Below the pieces are notes generated by a model. The model had not been told where the DNA came from and ran no database searches. It saw only the letters and a program-made list of their open reading frames with translations. A stretch of 64,000 nucleotides of DNA from Leptolyngbyaceae cyanobacterium. Lineage in GTDB: Bacteria > Cyanobacteriota > Cyanobacteriia > Phormidesmidales > Phormidesmidaceae. The position numbers and the translations under genes are program-made. The DNA lies in contig CBDHHL010000032.1 in assembly GCA_965263355.1 (NCBI GenBank), forward strand, positions 3,424,001 to 3,488,000. Direction: 5' to 3'. Below are positions 41,401 through 50,411 of the stretch, in pieces (position 1 is the first letter of the stretch; each line of letters opens with the position of its first letter).

Positions 41401-44400
41401 ATGGGCCTCAGCAAACTTGCCATTCGTCGCCATATTGCCACGCTGATGCTGTCCGTGGCCGTCATCGTCTTGGGGCTATTTTTTACCTCGCAACTGCCGG
41501 TAGACCTGCTGCCCTCCATTACCTACCCACGCATCGGTGTGCGGGCCGATGCCCCAGGGGTATCTCCAGAGGTCGCCGTTGATGAAGTTACCCGCCCTTT
41601 GGAGCAAGCGTTGGCAGCAACAGAAGGCGTTATCCAGGTCGTCTCTAAAACACGGGAGGGGCGAGTCAGTGTTGACCTATATTTTGAACCAGGAGGAGAC
41701 ATTGATCAGGCCTTGAATGACGCGACAGCAACATTAAACCGGGCTCGGAACCGACTGCCCGACAACATTGACCAGCCACGCTTATTTAAGTTTGATCCGT
41801 CTCAGCTGCCAGTCTATGAAATCGCGCTCACCTCAGAATCATTGCAGGGCATGGAGCTACGGGTATTTGCCGATGAGGAACTGGCACGGGAACTAAATAC
41901 TGTAAAAGGGGTGGCCAGTGTAGATGTGTCAGGGGGTGTACAGGAAGAGGTTCAGGTAAATCTGGACCCGACACGGATGCAGGCTTTGGGGTTAGGAATT
42001 ACCGATGTGTTGGATGCCTTAGAAGAACGCAATCAAGACACCGCTGGGGGACGCATAAAAGGCTTAAACAGCGAGCCGCTAACCAGGGTAAACGGTCAGT
42101 TTCAAGAGGCTGAGGAGATTCGTAATCTCATTTTTGAAGTGGGCGACCAGCAGGTATATCTGCGAGACTTTGCTGACGTGGTAGATGGCACCGAAGAACA
42201 ACGGATTTTTGTCAGTCTAAATGGTCAGCCAGCGGTGAAGGTAAGTGTCCAAAAGCAACCGACGGCTAACACCATTGCTGTGGTAGATGGGGTTAAACAG
42301 CGTCTGGAGCAGATGAAAGCATCGGGTCTTGTCCCCGAGGATATGGTGCTCAACGTCACCTTAGATGAATCGATATTTATTCAAAATGCTATTCGCAATG
42401 TCGCCACAGCCGGTCTAACGGGAACAGGTCTAGCAGCTATTGCCGTACTGTTGTTTCTAGGCTCCCTACGACAGACGTTTATTATTGTTTTAGCCATTCC
42501 CCTCGCCAGTCTAGTCACCCTGTTACTGTCGGGTGTATTTGGGCTATCGCTCAATGTGTTTAGTCTGGGGGGATTGGCCCTCGGTGTGGGCATCGTGGTA
42601 GATAACGCCATTGTCATGTTGGAGAACATTGCCGAAGGGGTGGCACGCAGTTCTCGACCAGCAATTCGTCAGGCGGAAACCAGCAGCCAGGAATTAGAAT
42701 CAGCCCTGGTGGCATCGACAACCACAAATTTGGTGGCAGTGCTACCGTTTTTGTTAATGGGTGGGTTTATCTCGCTGTTGTTTAGTGAGCTGGTGGTGAC
42801 CATTAGTCTAGCAGTGGCAGCATCGCTGGTGGTGGCCCTGACGGTGGTCCCCACTTTGGCAGCACGGTTACTAACCGTCAAAGCATCTAGTGGCATAGGA
42901 AAATTTTGGCCGATTCGGTGGTTTGGTCAGGGTCTACAGGGGCTCACCCTGAGCTATGGTAGAACGCTGAGCTGGGTGTTGCAGCGGAGAGTGGTGGTGA
43001 TTGCTGCTGCTATTCTCATATTTGGTGGGGGGAGCTGGGCTATGTATCAAACCATTCCCCAGGAGATTTTGCCCAAGATCAGCAATGGTCAGGCCAGGGT
43101 GTGGGTCAGTCTGCCCCCTGGCACTACCTTAGATGAAAATCGCCAGGTGATGACTGCGATAGATGAGCTGCTTATAGCTCAGCCAGAAACTGACTATGTG
43201 TTTAGCACCTCAGGGGGCTTTCTCTTTGGAAATATCAGCATCGACAATGCGCTGCGTGGGTCTAGTACTCTCACATTAAAACCTGGCACCGATGTGGAAG
43301 CCTTTACTGACCGGATGAACCAAGCGCTGAGGAAGCTAAATTTGGTCAAAACGCGGATGCGAGTATCTCCTGGCTCGGTTCGGGGTTTGATTTTAAGTAA
43401 CTCTCCTGTGCGCAGCGATGTGGATATTGTTTTGCAAAGTAGTAATTTAGCGCTGCTAGATCAAGCTGGGGAGCAGGTACTGGATGCCCTGGCAGAACAG
43501 GCCACTTTGGCTAGCTATCTACCTGACGCGGATCCACCACAGCCGGAAATTCAGATTCGGCCTGATTGGGAGCGGGCGGCGGATGTGGGTATCTCGGCGG
43601 AGGAGATTGGTCGGACGGTGGAGACGATTTTGTCAGGGGCGGTGCCGACGCAGCTACAGCGGGGAGATCGGCTGGTGGATGTGCGGGTGCAGACACCGGA
43701 TAGTTTTGTACAGAATTCGGCTCAGTTGAGTCAGCTGCCGTTGTTGAGTAGTAATCAACAAGTCCGACTAGGAGACATTGCAAGGATTGAGCAGGGTCGG
43801 TCTCCTGGAGAAATTCAGCGGATTGATCAGCGGCAGGTATTTATTATCGAGGGGCGTTTGGCGGATGAAGCTAGCTTGGGTGAGGCACTGGATGAGGTAG
43901 AGCAGGTGATGGCGCAGGTAATGCTACCAGAGGGGGTGACGCGGTTGCCTAGCTTTAGTGCCCAGAGTAATGCAGCGATTCAGCAGGGGCTGGGTTTATT
44001 GGGTGGGCTGGCGGTCTTTTTGGTATTTACGGTGATGGCGGTGCAGTACAACTCGCTGATCGATCCGTTGGTGATTATGCTAACGGTGCCGTTGGCGTTG
44101 GCTGGGGGGATTTTGGGGCTGTATGTGACGGCGACGGCGATTGGGGCAACGGTGGTAGTGGGGGCGGTGCTACTGGTGGGCATTGTGGTAAACAATGGGA
44201 TTATTTTAGTGGAGCTGGCAAATCAGATTTATGTGACCGAAAACTGTAGTCGCATGGTTGCCATGCTCAAAGCAGCTCCGCAACGGTTACGACCGATTTT
44301 GATGACGACGGTGACGACGGTGTTGGGGATGTTGCCGTTGGCGTTGGGACTAGGAGAAGGGTCGGAGTTTTTGCAGCCGTTGGGGGTAGTGATTTTTTGG

Positions 44401-44544
44401 GGATTGTCGTTGGCGACGGTGTTGACGTTATTTGTGATTCCTTGTTTTTATACGTTGTTGCATGGGTTCGGCTCCGCTCACCCAGCAGCGCAACCTGTTG
44501 CCCAGCCTCTGGCTGAGCACAGCAACCCCAGGCTCCGCCTGTAG
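41401..44544 (+). CDS. RND efflux permease (AcrB/AcrD/AcrF family)
   Basis: GIVVDNAIVMLENI, RLRPILMTT, 12-TM architecture. Confidence 0.96.
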   Translation: MGLSKLAIRRHIATLMLSVAVIVLGLFFTSQLPVDLLPSITYPRIGVRADAPGVSPEVAVDEVTRPLEQALAATEGVIQVVSKTREGRVSVDLYFEPGGDIDQALNDATATLNRARNRLPDNIDQPRLFKFDPSQLPVYEIALTSESLQGMELRVFADEELARELNTVKGVASVDVSGGVQEEVQVNLDPTRMQALGLGITDVLDALEERNQDTAGGRIKGLNSEPLTRVNGQFQEAEEIRNLIFEVGDQQVYLRDFADVVDGTEEQRIFVSLNGQPAVKVSVQKQPTANTIAVVDGVKQRLEQMKASGLVPEDMVLNVTLDESIFIQNAIRNVATAGLTGTGLAAIAVLLFLGSLRQTFIIVLAIPLASLVTLLLSGVFGLSLNVFSLGGLALGVGIVVDNAIVMLENIAEGVARSSRPAIRQAETSSQELESALVASTTTNLVAVLPFLLMGGFISLLFSELVVTISLAVAASLVVALTVVPTLAARLLTVKASSGIGKFWPIRWFGQGLQGLTLSYGRTLSWVLQRRVVVIAAAILIFGGGSWAMYQTIPQEILPKISNGQARVWVSLPPGTTLDENRQVMTAIDELLIAQPETDYVFSTSGGFLFGNISIDNALRGSSTLTLKPGTDVEAFTDRMNQALRKLNLVKTRMRVSPGSVRGLILSNSPVRSDVDIVLQSSNLALLDQAGEQVLDALAEQATLASYLPDADPPQPEIQIRPDWERAADVGISAEEIGRTVETILSGAVPTQLQRGDRLVDVRVQTPDSFVQNSAQLSQLPLLSSNQQVRLGDIARIEQGRSPGEIQRIDQRQVFIIEGRLADEASLGEALDEVEQVMAQVMLPEGVTRLPSFSAQSNAAIQQGLGLLGGLAVFLVFTVMAVQYNSLIDPLVIMLTVPLALAGGILGLYVTATAIGATVVVGAVLLVGIVVNNGIILVELANQIYVTENCSRMVAMLKAAPQRLRPILMTTVTTVLGMLPLALGLGEGSEFLQPLGVVIFWGLSLATVLTLFVIPCFYTLLHGFGSAHPAAQPVAQPLAEHSNPRLRL

Positions 44545-44591
44545 GAGAGATTTCTATCGGGGTGGGCACAAGGCACCACCCCTACGGATGT

Positions 44592-44849
44592 TTACAATCG
44601 TCTGACCAACATGCTGATCACCTCCTCAGGGTCTGGTCTTAAAATTAGCCGCTGATCGGGCACTTCGATCAGCGGGCTCCATTGGCTGGTTTCCACATAG
44701 CGGAGGTTATGGAGCAGGTGGATGGTTTGGCGGATGTTGCTGGGATGGCCGAGCAGGATATGGCGGATGGTACTGCCAGGGTGGGGGCTGCTGGAAAAGT
44801 CGGCAGGCAGATTTGGTGGCACCAGGGGTGCCTGATCGTGAAAGGTCAT
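44592..44849 (-). CDS. Small conserved cyanobacterial hypothetical protein
   Basis: IRHILLG.P..IRQTIHLLH.LRY.E..QWSP motif. ATG 44849 chosen as start. Confidence 0.65.
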   Translation of the reverse strand: MTFHDQAPLVPPNLPADFSSSPHPGSTIRHILLGHPSNIRQTIHLLHNLRYVETSQWSPLIEVPDQRLILRPDPEEVISMLVRRL

Positions 44850-45240
44850 AGGGGCGTTTTCCTTGGCGGGGTTGACCCGCGAAACGACAGGGAGGAAAGC
44901 GCCCAAAAAAGCTAGCCACCCTGCAACTAAAATCAGGGTGGCTGTAAAATGCTCACAGCTCACCAACTGGGCCGATCAGTTGGAGGGTTAGCGGGGTGGT
45001 TGTGTTGGCGCACTTCCATCTCGCGCAGCTAATTTTTTTGGGTGCGAAAAACAACTGAGGTCAGTTGCTTATTGTGTAGGCTATCAGGCCCAGATCGATG
45101 AGTCAAGCGGGCGTTTGAGGGGCTGTCATCGGTGGGTGTCATCGTTACAAACGGGTTTGATTTTCTGATTTTATTAACCTGCCACTAGAGCCAAAACCGA
45201 GCAAGTTTTGCCAATATGGAGTTTGAGCTGGGGTTAGGCG

Positions 45241-48087
45241 ATGGCAATGACCAAGGATGAGCTGCTGGCGTTGATTGACCAGGCGGCGGCGGAAGGGTGG
45301 ACGGAGTTGGACCTGGCGGGGCAGGGGCTGAGCGAACTGCCAGAGGAGATTGGCAAGCTGACGCAGCTGGAGCGGTTGATATTGGGAAAGGGGAAAAAGG
45401 ATAAGGATGGGAAGCAGCAATGGAGATTCGAATTCATTGATGGTAAACATCGCTCAGTTGCTCTGACAATCGGTAATAAGCTGACAGCTTTGCCAGCTTG
45501 CTTGAAACAGCTATCTGAGCTGCGTCACTTAGATATTAGCGGTAATCCAATTAGTCTAATACCTGAGAATATTAGTGAGTTATCTCAACTAAAAACATTT
45601 ATTGCTCTTAAGAGTAAATTAACCCAAATTCCGGATTCCATCGCCCAGCTAGCCTCTCTACAACAGCTCTACCTTAACCAAATTACAGAGATTCCGGATT
45701 CCATCGCCCAGCTAGCCTCTCTACAACAGCTCGACCTCAGCTCTAACCAAATTACAGAGATTCCGGATTCCATCGCCCAGCTAGCCTCTCTACAACAGCT
45801 CGACCTCAGCTCTAACCAAATTACAGAGATTCCGGATTCCATCGCCCAGCTAGCCTCTCTACAACAGCTCGACCTCAGCTCTAACCAAATTACAGAGATT
45901 CCGGATTCCATCGCCCAGCTAGCCTCTCTACAACAGCTCGACCTCAGCTCTAACCAAATTACAGAGATTCCGGATTCCATCGCCCAGCTAGCCTCTCTAC
46001 AACAGCTCGACCTCAGCGATAACCAAATTACAGAGATTCCGGATTCCATCGCCCAGCTAGCCTCTCTACAACAGCTCGACCTCAGCTCTAACCAAATTAC
46101 AGAGATTCCGGATTCCATCGCCCAGCTAGCCTCTCTACAACAGCTCGACCTCCGCTCTAACCAAATTACAGAGATTCCGGATTCCATCGCCCAGCTAGCC
46201 TCTCTACAACAGCTCTACCTCAGCTCTAACCAAATTACAGAGATTCCGGATTCCATCGCCCAGCTAGCCTCTCTACAACAGCTCGACCTCAGCTCTAACC
46301 AAATTACAGAGATTCCGGATTCCATCGCCCAGCTAGCCTCTCTACAACAGCTCGACCTCAGCGATAACCAAATTACAGAGATTCCGGATTCCATCGCCCA
46401 GCTAGCCTCTCTACAACAGCTCTACCTCAGCTCTAACCAAATTACAGAGATTCCGGATTCCATCGCCCAGCTAGCCTCTCTACAACAGCTCTACCTCCGC
46501 TATAACCAAATTACAGAGATTCCGGATTCCATCGCCCAGCTAGCCTCTCTACAACAGCTCTACCTCAGCTCTAACCAAATTACAGAGATTCCGGATTCCA
46601 TCGCCCAGCTAGCCTCTCTACAACAGCTCGACCTCAGCGATAACCAAATTACAGAGATTCCGGATTCCATCGCCCAGCTAGCCTCTCTACAACAGCTCTA
46701 CCTCAGCTCTAACCAAATTACAGAGATTCCGGATTCCATCGCCCAGCTAGCCTCTCTACAACAGCTCGACCTCAGCTCTAACCAAATTACAGAGATTCCG
46801 GATTCCATCGCCCAGCTAGCCTCTCTACAACAGCTCTACCTCCGCTATAACCAAATTACAGAGATTCCGGATTCCATCGCCCAGCTAGCCTCTCTACAAC
46901 AGCTCTACCTCCGCTATAACCAAATTACAGAGATTCCGGATTCCATCGCCCAGCTAGCCTCTCTACAACAGCTCTACCTCAGCTATAACCAAATTACAGA
47001 GATTCCGGATTCCATCGCCCAGCTAGCCTCTCTACAACAGCTCTACCTCCGCTATAACCAAATTACAGAGATTCCGGATTCCATCGCCCAGCTAGCCTCT
47101 CTACAACAGCTCGACCTCCGCTCTAACCAAATTACAGAGATTCCGGATTCCATCGCCCAGCTAGCCTCTCTACAACAGCTCGACCTCCGCTCTAACCAAA
47201 TTACAGAGATTCCGGATTCCATCGCCCAGCTAGCCTCTCTACAACAGCTCGACCTCCGCTATAACCAAATTACAGAGATTCCAGGCAGTTTAGAAAGCTT
47301 AGAACAACTACAAAGACTCGATGTTCGTCATAATCCACTACCCATTGCACCAGAAATCCTGGGTCCTCCAGAAGACTATGAAGAACCAGGGCCAGTTTCC
47401 GGCATCTTCAACTACTGCCGCCAGCTCCGCAGCGGCGAAGTCCGCCCCCTTAATGAAGCCAAACTTATCCTGGTTGGCCAGGGCAGCGTCGGCAAAACAT
47501 CCCTGATCAACCGACTGATCGAAGATTCCTTTAACCCCAACGAAGCACAAACCGACGGTCTCAATGTGTCCAACTGGGCCATCAACGTCAACACCAAAGA
47601 CGTGCGCCTCAACGTCTGGGACTTTGGCGGTCAAGAAATCTATCATGCCACTCACCAATTCTTTCTGACTAAGCGCAGCCTTTATCTACTCGTCTGCAAC
47701 TGCCGCACCAGCGAAGAAGAAAACCGCCTCGACTACTGGCTCAAACTGATCAAAAGTTTCGGTGACGATGCCCCCGTCATTATCGTTGGCAACAAGCGTG
47801 ACGAACAACCCCTCGATATCAACCGAAAAGCTTTACGGAGCAAATACCCCAACATTAAAGACATTATTGAAACTTCCTGTCAAACTGGCGATGGCATCAA
47901 AGAACTGAACCAAGCAATTAATAAAGAGGTAGGACAGCTTAAAGAAGTGTACGATCTGCTTCCTCTTTCTTGGTTTGAAGTCAAAGAACACCTAGAAAAT
48001 TTAGACAAAGACTTTATCAAATACTCCAAATACGAAAGCATTTGTGACCAGCAAGGCATCGAAGAAGAAAAAGATCAAACCCAGTAA
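45241..48087 (+). CDS. Roco protein, N-terminal part: capping helix + LRR array + Roc GTPase + start of COR
   Basis: MTKDELLALIDQAAAEGWTELDL cap, 23-aa LRRs, GQGSVGKT P-loop, WDFGGQ, NKRD; stops at TAATAA 48085-48090. Confidence 0.95.
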   Translation: MAMTKDELLALIDQAAAEGWTELDLAGQGLSELPEEIGKLTQLERLILGKGKKDKDGKQQWRFEFIDGKHRSVALTIGNKLTALPACLKQLSELRHLDISGNPISLIPENISELSQLKTFIALKSKLTQIPDSIAQLASLQQLYLNQITEIPDSIAQLASLQQLDLSSNQITEIPDSIAQLASLQQLDLSSNQITEIPDSIAQLASLQQLDLSSNQITEIPDSIAQLASLQQLDLSSNQITEIPDSIAQLASLQQLDLSDNQITEIPDSIAQLASLQQLDLSSNQITEIPDSIAQLASLQQLDLRSNQITEIPDSIAQLASLQQLYLSSNQITEIPDSIAQLASLQQLDLSSNQITEIPDSIAQLASLQQLDLSDNQITEIPDSIAQLASLQQLYLSSNQITEIPDSIAQLASLQQLYLRYNQITEIPDSIAQLASLQQLYLSSNQITEIPDSIAQLASLQQLDLSDNQITEIPDSIAQLASLQQLYLSSNQITEIPDSIAQLASLQQLDLSSNQITEIPDSIAQLASLQQLYLRYNQITEIPDSIAQLASLQQLYLRYNQITEIPDSIAQLASLQQLYLSYNQITEIPDSIAQLASLQQLYLRYNQITEIPDSIAQLASLQQLDLRSNQITEIPDSIAQLASLQQLDLRSNQITEIPDSIAQLASLQQLDLRYNQITEIPGSLESLEQLQRLDVRHNPLPIAPEILGPPEDYEEPGPVSGIFNYCRQLRSGEVRPLNEAKLILVGQGSVGKTSLINRLIEDSFNPNEAQTDGLNVSNWAINVNTKDVRLNVWDFGGQEIYHATHQFFLTKRSLYLLVCNCRTSEEENRLDYWLKLIKSFGDDAPVIIVGNKRDEQPLDINRKALRSKYPNIKDIIETSCQTGDGIKELNQAINKEVGQLKEVYDLLPLSWFEVKEHLENLDKDFIKYSKYESICDQQGIEEEKDQTQ
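45628..47282 (+). repeat. 24 tandem LRR units of 69 bp (first unit 63 bp), identical except at 4 positions
   Basis: Unit ATTCCGGATTCCATCGCCCAGCTAGCCTCTCTACAACAGCTC[G/T]ACCTC[A/C]GC[TCT/TAT/GAT]AACCAAATTACAGAG; 63+23x69 bp matches the span. Confidence 0.97.
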
Positions 48088-48090
48088 TAA

Positions 48091-49026
48091 TTGGGCTGCT
48101 TCACAACCTGGGTCTGGTACTCAACTACAGCCGACCATCCTCTTTTAAAATACACTAACGTCCTAAATCCAGACTGGGTTACCACAGGCATTTATACGTT
48201 GCTGAGTGATGAGAACTTAAAGACAAAATCTAAAGGTCAACTAACCCTTGATGACCTTAGTCGGGTACTAAATCCCCAACGCTATCCAGTACATCGCCAT
48301 CATTACCTCATCGAACTGATGAAAGAATTCAAGCTATGCTTTGAACTGCCAGACTGCAAGCCTGCTCGATATCTTATTCCTGGCATCCTACCCAAAGAAG
48401 AACCAGAAGAGACTGACTTAGAAGGAGAAACTCTAAATTTCCAATATCATTACAGCGTATTGCCAGATAGTGTTATCTCGCGTTTCATCGTATACATGCA
48501 CGAAAAAATCCATAAGGAAACCTACTGGCGCAGCGGAGTAATGCTTGCTCACACTGAAGGCAATGAGGTTTACAATATTGCCCGCATCAAAGCCGACCCT
48601 GCCGACAATAAAATCTTTATCGCTGTTAGTGGCAAGGAATCTACCCGACGTACCTTTCTCGGAATGATCCGTGATGTATTCAACAAAAAAGTACACATCA
48701 ATTTGACTAAACCTACTGAGTGGGTTCCTGTCCCTGATCATCCCGATCATCCACCACTCGATTACCAAGAACTGCTTGGTCTAGAAGACATGAACGAACA
48801 AAACGTAGTCATCGGCAAACTCAAACTCAAACTAAACCTACGCCAACTCCTCGACGGCTACGAACCCATCGAAATCCGCAGACTCAAACAAAAAGGAGTA
48901 GACATAGATAGTACTGGCGACGGAATCAATATTTCCGTCACCGATGCCCGCACCAAAATCATCCAACAAGGCGATGGCGACAATGTTGCCGGAGACTTAA
49001 TAGAAGGGAATAAAACAATCACATAA
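48091..49026 (+). pseudogene. Roco protein C-terminal part (COR domain + G-D-repeat tail), separated from the N-terminal part by indels and stops
   Basis: VLNPDWVTTGIY, LMKEFKLCF, ISRFIV, YWRSGV are COR motifs. The linking motif LLHNLGLVLNY lies in a shifted frame at 48087-48131. Confidence 0.85.
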
Positions 49027-49069
49027 CCATGAAATTTAACGCTATCCTGAGAGTAATTCATGACTCCCA

Positions 49070-49639
49070 ATGACCTCATTAGTCCGCCTACAGCTACTCG
49101 ACGTCGTCGCCCTCAAAGCCGACCTACCAGACCATAATCTCACCGCAGGCCAGGTCGGCACCCTGGTCGAAGAATTAGCCCCTAACGTCTACGAAGTCGA
49201 ATTCAGCGACGACCATGGCCAAACCTACGCCATGCTACCCCTCCACACCGACCAAGTCCTTAAACTAAGCTACACACCAGGAGAACCAACCATGGGCAAC
49301 ACTATCAATCAATACGGCTCTGGCGACAACATCGCAGGCGACAAAGTCATGGGCGACAAAATCAATACCCAAATCAACAACAGCCAGGACTTAGCCCAGG
49401 CCGCTAAAGCCATCAAAGACCTCCTCACCCAACTCGAAACCGACTACGACCCCACCACCCCCGTCGGTCAAACCATGATGACCGCCAAACTCATCGAATC
49501 CGTCGATAACAACCCCACCCTCAAAGCCCGAGTCGTCAACGCCCTCAAAGAAGGCGGTAGCACGGCCCTTGAAGAAGCCATTGATCATCCGATAGTAAAA
49601 CCTGTGGTCGCTGCTCTCAAAGGCTTTATGGATGCATGA
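49070..49639 (+). CDS. DUF4926-like domain + GDN/GDK pseudo-repeat motif + C-terminal helical domain
   Basis: LLDVVAL...GQVGTLVE...YEVEFSD..G.TYAM (DUF4926-like), then NQYGSGDNIAGDKVMGDK, then LAQAAKAIKDLL...NPTLKARVVNALKEGG helices. Confidence 0.85.
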   Translation: MTSLVRLQLLDVVALKADLPDHNLTAGQVGTLVEELAPNVYEVEFSDDHGQTYAMLPLHTDQVLKLSYTPGEPTMGNTINQYGSGDNIAGDKVMGDKINTQINNSQDLAQAAKAIKDLLTQLETDYDPTTPVGQTMMTAKLIESVDNNPTLKARVVNALKEGGSTALEEAIDHPIVKPVVAALKGFMDA

Positions 49640-49735
49640 TGGATAAAACCACCCACCATTTAAAGAGCTCAAACAAAGCTTCCACACCCCCATAATATTC
49701 TAGAATAGGACTGACTCAAACTGTCTGAGCTTCCT

Positions 49736-50185
49736 ATGTCAACGCCCTATTCTCCCCAGGCCGCAGCCCAAGAACCCTTTCTCGCAACGATCAGGGAACT
49801 AGTGCGTGCCTATCAAGCATTTTCAGCCTATTCCGAAGCCTTCGTGCGGCAGCATGACCTAACCCCAGCGCAATTTGATGTCATCGCCACTTTAGGCAAT
49901 ACCCAAGGCATGAGCATGGGTGATATCGGCGAAAAGACGTTGATCACCAAAGGTACGTTAACAGGTGTGGTTGATCGTCTGATCAAAAAAGGACTCGTGA
50001 CCCGTGAGGTCCCCCCCGAAAACCGTCGTAGTGTTATCGTCAAACTTACGGCTGAGGGAGACGCCCTGTTTGAGCAAGTATTCCCGGCCCACATTGCCGA
50101 CATGAAACAGCATTTTGACTCCTTTAACCCGTCAGAATTGGAACTACTCAAAGTGCTACTAGGCCGACTCCGCCAGGCATTTTAG
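49736..50185 (+). CDS. MarR-family transcriptional regulator
   Basis: LTPAQFDV, KGTLTGVVDRL, NRRS...LT.EG. Confidence 0.93.
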   Translation: MSTPYSPQAAAQEPFLATIRELVRAYQAFSAYSEAFVRQHDLTPAQFDVIATLGNTQGMSMGDIGEKTLITKGTLTGVVDRLIKKGLVTREVPPENRRSVIVKLTAEGDALFEQVFPAHIADMKQHFDSFNPSELELLKVLLGRLRQAF

Positions 50186-50253
50186 CAATACTGACAAAAT
50201 TTTGACGCTACCCCGTTGTCACCCCCAAACGAGATGCTATCTTTGATGTCAGA

Positions 50254-50269
50254 TAGTTTTAATTAGAAC
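50254..50269. promoter_or_regulatory. Candidate MarR operator, near-palindrome AGTTTTAATTAGAACT
   Basis: Near-perfect dyad between marR and the dioxygenase start. Coordinates approximate; the function is inferred. Confidence 0.35.
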
Positions 50270-50411
50270 TGTTTGGTTTCAGATTAAATTACCCCTATGT
50301 ATCAGCAACCCTCTCCAACCGTAGTCACCCTGGAAGTCGGCACTCACTGGCACAGTGCCTACGCCCTTAGTCATCAGTTCAGCAAGCGCCATTCACCAAA
50401 CACCTAAAGCC

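Noticed and set aside
45669..46187. Antisense repeat ORF (MESGISVIWLELRSSCCREASWA)n
   Set aside because: Shadow of the LRR array; it is broken wherever a TAC variant creates a stop.
45628..47282. LRR array as a CRISPR array or a DGR target
   Set aside because: There are no unique spacers, the units are in-frame coding, and no cas or reverse transcriptase gene is in the window. The variable sites include G/T changes drawn from a fixed small allele set, unlike random adenine-specific DGR mutagenesis.
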